64,000 bases of DNA from Strigamia acuminata (lineage: Eukaryota), in assembly GCA_949358305.1 (NCBI GenBank), contig OX442314.1:29946001-30010000 (forward strand), read 5' to 3'. Each line of letters opens with the position of its first letter. The first letter of the stretch is position 1. Under the pieces are notes generated by a model. It did no database searches. It had not been told where the DNA came from and worked only from the letters and a program-made list of their open reading frames with translations. Shown here in pieces: positions 11,009 to 20,633 of this stretch. The position numbers were made by a program, and so were the translations under genes.

Positions 11009-12502
11009 ATGGGTTCAAATAAGCATCATTCTAAACGAAGTCATCGTCGGCATCGACGAAGTTCCAGCTCCAGCTCGTCCACCTCAACGGAGGGAGAACA
11101 GCGTCGTTCCGCCGAACGGAATTTGATGAGGTTGCAACAAATTGCACCTGTGCCGACGTTCAACCTGACGCCGCTTCAATTGGCCGCGCTGAATTGGATT
11201 GGCTCGCACCCGGAATGCTTTCCGCTCGATATGCAAGCAAATGCGCCGTTGCCAACGGAAGTTCTTCCTGGGATAAGTGCCCAGCTGACCATTTCTGAGC
11301 CAGCTCCAATGGCCCAACTGGCCCCGCTCGCGCAAGTGGTACGCCCGCCGACTAACGTCATCAGTGTCCCGTTGGCTCCACACACGTCAGTGTTCCAACC
11401 ACCCGTAGCAAGTGTTCCGCCGACCGTCGCGAATACTTCCGCCGTCAGTGCCCCAGTTACCCCTGTAGCTGCGAATCCAAGATGGATTCCCGCCGGAGCA
11501 GAGTCGTCTGCCTCCTCGTCTGGATGGACGGAACCTCCGCCAGGAGCTTTTCGGCTGCCCGCGTCGACGGCCCGTCCCAACGCGCAGCGCATGGCTTATA
11601 AAGCCAAGAAGAAGGACGAGGCGGCCCAAAAGCGCCGTGAGCAGTGTGCGCGGGATATTGCGCAGGGAATTCCCCACGACAATATTGTCACCGACCAAGC
11701 GACGGAGACCATCTGTCCGTTTTGTGTAGGTTGTGGTTGGTGTTGCGGTGCTTCCGCCGGCTCTTCTCTTATGAGATGCCCCAACTGCCGAGGCACGAAG
11801 GTGCGACCGCGCTCAGAGCCCTGGCGCCAGGAGGTGGAACCCCACGTCGTGAAGGGAATGAAGACAAACGAGAAGAGATGTTGGGCTCACTGCCCAACCT
11901 GTCGCGTGTTTCTCAACGCTCGAGGAGAAGCCGTCTACATCGACCCCAGATTCCTCACGAAGGAACGAGCAGCTGCCAATGCGGGTTTAACGGTCGAAGC
12001 CTTTCGACATCCGCCTTCATCGACCGCATCAGAGATTTCGGAGGAAACGGTGCAAGAGGTTGAGAGCGTCGAGGAAGAAATGGTCACTCGTCCGAGAACC
12101 ATGTCTCGTGGACGAGGATGTCTTACACTGGACAGAGCTAAAGCAATTGCCCAGGAGCAGCGACAAAACATCGTCGCCCGTGGACGAGCCCGTCGGCTCC
12201 AGAAGATTGTGTCGGAGCAAGGTAAACAACCGGAGGTTCCTCCAGTGGCCAAGTCGGATATTTCCGACGAGTCAAAGTACGAGGATGCCGAGGAAAACCC
12301 GATTTCCATCGTTGACTTCGTGGCTGATCTTTTGGAAGATTTGCCGTTCCCTCCACCGAGTCCGGAGGAAGTGGAAAAACCCGAGGAAGCCGTATTTTCC
12401 GCCGTCTCCACCGAGGCAACTGAAGAATCTTCGGATTTCCTAACTTCGACCGAAATTGAGAAACCGGTTGAGAAGTCGACCGACGTCGAGAAGAAGGAGT
12501 AG
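11009..12502 (+). CDS. Extra Gypsy ORF of unknown function, 497 aa (basic/Ser N-terminus, Pro/Ala-rich region, Cys cluster, acidic tail)
   Basis: GC-rich ORF between AT-rich spacers, lying between pol and the 3' PPT/LTR; TTTATTTAG acceptor 1 nt before the ATG. Confidence 0.75.
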   Translation: MGSNKHHSKRSHRRHRRSSSSSSSTSTEGEQRRSAERNLMRLQQIAPVPTFNLTPLQLAALNWIGSHPECFPLDMQANAPLPTEVLPGISAQLTISEPAPMAQLAPLAQVVRPPTNVISVPLAPHTSVFQPPVASVPPTVANTSAVSAPVTPVAANPRWIPAGAESSASSSGWTEPPPGAFRLPASTARPNAQRMAYKAKKKDEAAQKRREQCARDIAQGIPHDNIVTDQATETICPFCVGCGWCCGASAGSSLMRCPNCRGTKVRPRSEPWRQEVEPHVVKGMKTNEKRCWAHCPTCRVFLNARGEAVYIDPRFLTKERAAANAGLTVEAFRHPPSSTASEISEETVQEVESVEEEMVTRPRTMSRGRGCLTLDRAKAIAQEQRQNIVARGRARRLQKIVSEQGKQPEVPPVAKSDISDESKYEDAEENPISIVDFVADLLEDLPFPPPSPEEVEKPEEAVFSAVSTEATEESSDFLTSTEIEKPVEKSTDVEKKE

Positions 12503-13215
12503 AGATTAACATTTGTTTTTTCGAGTGGATATTTTACGTTGTAAAATATGCCAAGTGTTGTCTGTTGTGTTTTCAAGTGAAATTTCGTTATTTTCGAATT
12601 AAGAATAATTTGTTTAAATGTTTGAAGATTTTTGAACTAATTATTAATATTCCTAAGAATAAGTTTAATTTGAAAATTGGATTCAAGTTTGAATTCAATT
12701 TATTTTGTTGATCTTGATTATTTTCATAATTAGATATGTTTGAATTACATAAAGAATTGTGTGTTTTGTTTTTACTTTGATCAAAGTTAAGAGACTTCGA
12801 GTTGAAGTCAGTTTTCATTTTTATAACAATCGTAATAAAGAATGATTCGTAGTTTAGATTTGATAAATAAAATTTGCATAAATTTATTTAAGGTCTCATC
12901 TAAGTTATATAAACTGCGGAGAAGTTTAATTTTTGATCAGAGAAGTTAAGATTTCCATCGAAATCCGCACTGTCGAACATGAGTACAAGTTCGGACGAGT
13001 TCATTTCGTTGCTTGGCAACCGGGAGATGTGCTGTGCGGGAAAGCCGATTAGTCTAATCGTTCTACGATGTTTCTGAAAGAAAGCAGTTGATTAATTTTG
13101 AATAGATTAAAAGAATACGAGTTGTTTGATAATTCACTATAATTTGGTGAACATTTCTTAAGATATTAAGAATGACAATTAAAGAGTTGGAAACTCTATG
13201 CTTGTCACCGGGGGA

Positions 13216-14765
13216 TGTGAGACGGTTATAAAACCGTATTATCCAATGTTCACACTAGGTGGCGCTGTTTATCTAACGCGCGCAGTTTAAACTCGATAAA
13301 GTTGCGGGATATATTAAATAGTTAATATAATATGGCGAATAAAATATACAGTATTTTATTAAACCTGATTAAGTATTATTTACTTGAGATATTGATTCTG
13401 TCGAATCAATATCCTGTTGTACTTACCTTTTTGAAGAGAACCAATTGGACTCTTCTGGACCCAGTTCAATATTAGGTCCGGACTTGTGATCCACGAATCC
13501 ATGGATTCTGACGTCTGATTGGCTGTCGCTAATCTGATTGTTCTCTCGAACTATATAAGCTCTGGTTTTCCACCAGACCTTCGGCTTGTTTTCTGTATGT
13601 TTGTATGTATTGTTGGTTATCGTTTGATTTCTCTCTTTCTTATCGACACATCGGGCCCCCTCGTTGTCTCAGTCAATATGTATTCAATACTATTGTGCTA
13701 TTCTTCGTTGTAGCGTCATTTTGGGAAGACTAACTCCGGTAACCAAATAGTCCCGTAGCGCTAGCCAGCTGTTCTAAGGAGCAGTAGGATTTCGTACGGT
13801 GACATAGTATATCGTCCATGCACGGGATTGATTAACACCGTTAAACAAATATCAAATTATATGATCGGTGATAGTCGCATCTATTTGCGAGATTCTCCGA
13901 TCATAGGTCAGATGCTCTGCCAGAGCACATATACGGGAAGTCAAACCCGTCAAACAAATGCGGGCAAACTATTTTCCCAGGGTTCCGATGCAGTGCATTG
14001 GCCCTTCTGTTAAGTGGGCAAGACTTGTCCGAGGTCGGTAAAAGCCTTATTCACAGGCGACGCACCGGGTTGGTGGCCCGTGAGCAATTGCATTCATACC
14101 TTGCGCTAAACAAACACTCGGGTATTGGTAATGCCGATCTGGTAGTCCCCCAGGAACTGTTTACCCAGTGGTTGGTACCACTGAAAGCGACTCGTCGCAG
14201 AAAACAAATACCCGGCGCCTGATCACGAGATCTTGTCGTCGTAAGGCATGCTGGCGGATGGAGTCTCAACAACTCCCGCGATGGTCCCCTCGACTGTCGT
14301 GACTGTCCCCGCCCATAGAATAACAATATAACAATTCATTTGTTATATTACACTAATATTGTTTTGTTGAATTGAATATGGAATATTCTAATGAATATTC
14401 CCGACCGAATACGAAGGACTCTTCGTATTAATAGATATCCGAGCTGCGGGACCGAATACGTCTCCGTAGCGCTAACTGTGACGATGCCGCAAAGTCAGCC
14501 GCACCACTCGAACAGCATCGCCCGGAACCTCAACCAGTGTAGCCGCCGTTACACTTATCCAGAACCCCAACTCCAGTTGTAATGTTAATAAACATGTAAT
14601 TATATCACACAAAATCGTAAGTTGTTATATTTGATCACATATTCACGTTGTACAGACTTCCGTAGCTTATCTCGGTTAGGTTATTTCTAGTTGTAGAAAT
14701 GTCTTGTCTAAACCGATTTATCTCTTGTAATGGCTAATTATTCAGCCAAAAGTAGAATCGTCACA
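13216..14765 (+). mobile_element. Gypsy 3' LTR (~1.55 kb)
   Basis: Follows PPT; TGTGA...CGTCACA termini; TATATAA ~13552, AATAAA ~14588; first ~310 bp homologous to 37635-37945, which starts TGTGACG. Confidence 0.75.
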
Positions 14766-17700
14766 AGCCGACACATTGGCGTAAATATCGGCAGCATATT
14801 CACCAGCTTCCTATAAAAACAGCCGTTTATAACTAAATGTTATATTGTACTGTATTACACATTGTAATACAGTAATAGACATTGGGTTTGTATGAAAGGA
14901 ACCTTCTCGAGGGAAAAAAAAATAATAGAAGTTAATGTTTTGTCATTGTGTTATGATTCGTTCGGTCAATTTAAACGCAGAGATCTCCAAAAGGAGATGG
15001 AGAAGAGGCCAAAATAGGATAAAAGAAATTACAAAATTGGCCAAAAAATGTGAATTTTACAATGAAAATGCATTAATTGATAATTTTGCTTCTTACTTTG
15101 AGTATTTCATAATGGTAGTCAAAATTTGAAGAGGCATTCCATAATTTTATAGAATTGTTTGCGAACATAGATGATGGATGGAGAAAATATAAAAGCTTGA
15201 AATGATGAACATCATTGTGCAGGTGTTCAGCTAATGTTTCCTTAAGCTTTACTATTTTTTCAGATTCTCGGCAATGGACAATGAGTGGAAAATGTATGAT
15301 TTTGTCTCTAGCCAGAATAACTGTTTTGACGACTGGATAATCGAAATAAGTACAAATAGAAGAGGAAATTAGGCAAATTGATATGAAAATCAGAAATAGT
15401 AACATAATGTTCTTCAGCTTATTTGCATTTTGCATTTTTGGCTTCGTTTCTAGAATTGCTTGAATTTTGCCTTTTAACATGGAATTTGATTTAGTTGATT
15501 TTCTGCACATCAAAAGAGGCATTTTGTAGCAGTGAACAAATATTTCGACGAGTGTTAAACAAGATATTCCAAAATAGAGTCCGATGTTTCCGCCAATGTC
15601 GCATAGTAAAGAGATAATGTCGTAAGAAAATTGTTCTTTAAATGTAAGAACATAATTATTCACAACAGAAACATCAAAGATATTTTCAGAATAGGGTATT
15701 GTATCAAAGGATGTGCTGAGTTGTGTCACGTCACACAAATCAAGACATTTGCACTGTTTTATTGCATCTTTAGATTCCAAAAATTCCAATAACTTTGAAA
15801 ATTGATGTCGTACAACATCGTCCTTGCATTCTGGTAGGTTTCTTGCATCGTAAAACGGATATCTGGCAAATGTTTTATTGATGTGCTTTAGAATGAATAG
15901 AAAACTGATGCAGTGCAAACACTTGAGCCAGTTACATTAAATAACTGATACAGAGTGACCAAAAACAACAGGATTCTGGAAAGTATGGTCAATTGTTTTC
16001 CATCAACTTTTAATCATGATGTAAAACACCTTGAGATAAATATTGATCACAATGGTTTAACAAACTTAAAAACAAACACTGTCCATAAATATTGCTTAAT
16101 TTTAAAATGAATGTCTTCATTTGTGTTTTCATCCCGGTGGTACTCACAAATAAAAACATTATTTGATCAATATTAAAAATGTACCTGCAAGTTATATTTT
16201 TCGTGAGGCAAGGATACAAACAGTCGTATAAATTGTTATCGCAAGGATTTCTCTTTGTGTTGAGGAAGTGATACTGAAAGATAATTGGTTAAATTTCAAA
16301 TAGACAACCGGAATGTATTTTGTGCAATATTTAATTTCAAGAATCTTGAAATTGTGTGTATTTAGACAATTTGGCACACAAGAATGTACTAAGTTATATG
16401 GGTGTGGAAGGTATGTCTGTGAAGGGTCCCTTAATTCTAGGGAGCCCCTAAATTGCAGAAAATTAAAACAAATGACTTCATCACTCTGCAGGTACAAAAT
16501 TGTGACTGATTCACGGCCACTGACAGCACGGAACCCACAGGGCCAGTCCAACCCCACCCTACTACAAAAAAAAAAAAAAAAAAAAAAAAGGTGGAGTTGA
16601 TAAGGAATAATGACCACTATGACATCAAGTCCAGTCAAATTACTCCAATAACCAATGGAAAAGGCATCTCGGTCATATGGGGCAGGAGTGGGGGTATAAA
16701 GGGCTCAACTTCCTGTTTGGACTCCAGAGTTGAATACTAGTATGATCAACACATAGCAGTTCTCCGCTCATGTTCACCATGATGACACTCAGGGAATGTG
16801 CCGGTACGCCATTCCAAGTACTGTGCGAGATTTATCGGCCAAATGTATTGAGGATGTACCGTATCGCCAATCAACAACCGCAGACAAAATGGCACGTCGG
16901 AGCCACGAGCTATGCGACATCGCGCACCAAATGCACGACCTAATCAACAGAATGAACAGTAGATCGACCACACTGGCACATGGGGTTAACCCTATAACAA
17001 CGTGTGCTGCATGTGGTTGCTGGTAGGCTGCAGTAATGCAGCACTAGCAATAGGAGAGGCATAAGATACTGACCCCGAGATACTGAATAAAGGTCATAAA
17101 CCATTAAATAGAGTCTCTTGTGCTCATTTCTATTTACGTGTCATGCATCCGGCGTTATTTGGGCTTTCCGGTGCTGGTAGGGCATTCCGTTGTCCAAATC
17201 GCATCTTTCCACTCTCTCAAAAATGGTATTAAAATTAAAATTAAAATTAAAATTTTGTGCAAATTTCTGATAATGGCCAACGAAAAAATAAAATATAACC
17301 GTGTGGAACATGCCAAATTGGAGTACATCAATCCAGCACATACCGGTACACATTTGATATGGATCACAAATATATTCTGTTAGATTTTTTTTTTAATTGT
17401 GTATTTTTTTTATATTTATAAAATTTCTTAGTGTCTTACTTTTTCCAAATTAGTTTTAGCAATATGTCTAGTTGCTGTCAAATTCACTCTATCCTTATGA
17501 GTGGTTTCAATATCCAAGTATTTTGCTTTCAGTAGCAAACTCACCCCTTCTTCAAAAGCATGTGGATAATACTTGCCTTGTGGAAAAGCTATTTTCACCT
17601 GAAAAATTTAAGAACCAGTCTAACAGTTTGTACAGAACATAATACACAAATTTAATAACTTTAGCAACATTAAAAACTTACAATAACGTCCAAGCATTCT

Positions 17701-18406
17701 GCTGTGAATTTTAGTTTGATCACCATCTTGTAATCAGAATTTCCATAAGGGAGCAGTATTGCTAATCAACAATTATGGATTTTGAAATAATAAATGCATA
17801 ATAACTTTTTTCTTAACTTACGACTTGAAACTTGAGCAGTAGGCTGCATAATGTTATCATAATTTTGAATTGTCAGGTTAATGTGTGATTTTCCCTGAAA
17901 AGAATTGCTTAATTATTTGTAAAATAAAGATAATAGAAATGGATCTTTACCTTTTCAAAGTGTGCATCAGTTATGTAACTTGGTATACTGGTATATTTTA
18001 TAAAATCAAGGAAATTATGATGACTACTATTGAAGGAATTATCACAATTTTCGAGGTCGTCACTTCTGCCATTCACTTTTGCTTTATACTCGTTCAACTC
18101 TCGTGTTGTATATGGGAAAACATAAACACATGGGAAAATACCATGCATTGTTTTAATTAAGTGTGAATCAACTGTTGTTGGTTCATCCAAGAAATGCAAT
18201 ATTCTATCTGAAGTTTGGTAAACACACACTGCCAAATTGACAATAAGTAATAGGAATAACAAATAAGATGTCTTTTTTTTCTTTTTTGAAATGTTTTTTA
18301 GTGATTTGACAAATCCTGGGGTCTCTGCCATGACAGTGCGAACAATAAGTTGCACTTTTCTTCTTCTTAGTTGTTGAATTCGGCCAAATGGTTGAAACAC
18401 ATCCAT
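14766..18406 (-). pseudogene. Concatenated DEG/ENaC gene, copy C (divergent, partly degraded, interrupted by the Gypsy element)
   Basis: TM1 exon ending 17951 (VYQTSDRILHFLDEPTTV...FPCVYV), small exons 17894-17822 and 17761-17682, exon ~15862-15097 with CKCLDLC...LLCDIGGNIGLYFGISCLTLVE then a linker and a second TM1 (...YFDYPVV...FPLIVHC); middle exons could not be joined in frame. Confidence 0.75.
16418..17219 (+). mobile_element. Possible solo-LTR-like insertion in copy C
   Basis: Higher-GC block with TG...CA ends, TATAAAA ~16695, AATAAA ~17086; no TSD found. Confidence 0.35.
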
Positions 18407-19357
18407 CTTTTCGTCTTCTGTTTTTGCTGTTTACAGAAACCGCATACAAAAATGATTGAATATTAACTATAAACGTACGGTACCTACAGTAGTAATAAGT
18501 TAGGAATATGTGAATTATAATTATGATGAGTTTGTTTTAATTTATTTCTTTCTTGCGATGAAACCGTAAAATGGTTTTTACTTCCAATGAGTAAAGTCAG
18601 GTTTCTATATTGACGGACTGAACCAAATGCAATGAATTTTTAAAATAAATGAAATAAAATATTTTATTTCATATTCTGCTTCTGTCAAATTAATTAAAAT
18701 TAAAATGATCTTTATGTAGTTTTTAACCTGATAATTTTCTAATACAGATTAAAAGTTCAATAACAACTAAATTGGGTACCCGGCATAACAATTTAAATTC
18801 ACATGGCCCAAAACTTAGATTTTGATATTTGGTCAAGAGCAAACAATAAAATAATTTTCCATGCCGTAACTTTCCAGATTGTTTTTGTTAGCAGAGCTAA
18901 GATGTGTAGTGGAAATAAATAGAGTACTCACTCTTAGAGTAAAACATGAGAAGTGTTTATCAAGGTTGAACGTAGGTTTGGCCACTTGGAGAATTAGGTG
19001 TACTCAGCTGTCATTGAACTAATTATTCACAGGATATTACTGATAGAACAAATCCTTTTTCAAGAAAACATAAGACAGGGTAAATGGCACTATTTTAGTG
19101 CTTATTCCTAACAGTTTTAAGTTGAAAACCAAGCTTACCTAAAACTGTGCAGAGCAAATGATTAAAATCCGTTTCTTTCACCATTCTTTAAATTTTAAGT
19201 GAATTATTCATTATTTTTAGATATCAAAACTTAGAAAGAATAATTCACTCCATTCCAACATTTGTGAGTTTGCTTTTTACCAGAAGCATGAGAAAAACCT
19301 TAAGGTCCAGCTACATCAATATTGGCGACGTTCACTGTCAGCTGTTATGGTTTGTCT

Positions 19358-19417
19358 CTGGACAATTCTAAATTGAAGGCAAGTTAAAGTAATTGCCTTC
19401 AATTTAGAATTTTCCAG
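19358..19417. repeat. Near-perfect 25-bp inverted repeat with a 10-nt loop
   Basis: CTGGAcAATTCTAAATTGAAGGCAA / TTGCCTTCAATTTAGAATTtTCCAG. Confidence 0.85.
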
Positions 19418-19589
19418 TCCATGGGTTGACCAAATCAATATTTGTGATCAACTATTTATGACATTTTGCAGTTGTAGCCATAAGTAACATTGATCTCACA
19501 AATGCTTTTAAATTTAATAATCAATATTTACACTTTTAAATTTTTTTAATCACTTAATGCGTTTTGCTATCTTTTTTTTCTCAAATATG

Positions 19590-19779
19590 CAGTCAAAACT
19601 CTTTATAACGAATCGCAATTCGCAAGGGACCCAAAAATCGATTCGTTGTAATGAGAATTCGTTATATCGAAATTTTTTAACATGTTGTTCTATGGCCAGT
19701 CAACGAAACCAGTCATTTTTAGGTATTCGTTATATCGATAATTCGTTATATCGCGATTCGTTTTAAAGAGTGTCGACTG
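19590..19779. mobile_element. Tc1/mariner-pogo-type MITE
   Basis: ~27-bp TIRs CAGTCAAAACTCTTTATAACGAATCGC / GCGATTCGTTTTAAAGAGTGTCGACTG, TA on the right flank. Confidence 0.75.
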
Positions 19780-20633
19780 TATAATGGTTCAAGTTCACAG
19801 AACTGCAAGACAGGGAGAGACACTTAAAGAAAAATTAGGTCAAGAGGACATTTTAAGGCACCCTGTCTATGTACAAGAAATAAATTAAATGTGGCCAGAC
19901 CGTTCATTTCATCTCATTTGTTGCCTAACGTCTCATGGCAATTCCCCTACAAACACAGAACTAATAACAGCCATTTACTTAATGACTCGATGATCTAATG
20001 ACGAATGTGGATTGATGTGTCAACTCGAACTCGAGCCATTTTTGTTCAATTTCAAGTTATAGTGCTGACCTCTCGTGTATAAAATGTGAAAATATTTTTA
20101 CCACAGCGCTGCTACTGTAGACTACTTTTATTTTTGCATTTATGATGTAAATACATTGAATTTTTTTCTCTTCTACAGAGTATAACCAAATAAAAGTCAC
20201 TGTATAAAAATTACTAATACAGTACATTGTATTAGAGGGTTTTTATGTGTAATTATTCTGTAAACGAGATTATTTTTTGTATCACATTGCATTATGGGAT
20301 GTGTAGAACTTGTGTAACTCGGTGAAAGTTGTTGTGAATCGTTATTGTGTAATCTGAAACTTTCATGGATATTATACCATTTGTTTATTGATCAATGTGC
20401 ATTGTGGAACATTATTTATCAAAACAAACACATTGTATATTGTCTTCTTTAGATTTGTCCTTGCTGCAACACTATTGTGCAAATTTTTCCAACACAATAA
20501 TAAATCATTTTAAGAGACAAATAGAGTCAATATTGCACTTAAATTACCCCATTGTACCTCCAATAAAGTGACAGACACGGAAGTTACACGAAAGAAATCT
20601 AAAGTACAAATTCTGGTTCATTGTGCATTAGGT

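Larger units (their letters stand above)
4499..14765 (+). mobile_element. Ty3/Gypsy LTR retrotransposon (leader, gag, pol, extra ORF, 3' LTR); 5' LTR displaced upstream by the BEL insertion
   Basis: gag-pol in PR-RT-RH-IN order, PPT-like GGGGGA at 13210-13215, LTR TGTGA...TCACA. Confidence 0.85.

Noticed and set aside
11009..12502. Retroviral env gene
   Set aside because: No signal peptide, fusion peptide or TM anchor visible
14776..14795. TGGCG... sequence resembling a primer-binding site after the LTR
   Set aside because: It lies ~11 nt beyond the TCACA terminus, no gag follows, and it reads better as a minus-strand channel exon
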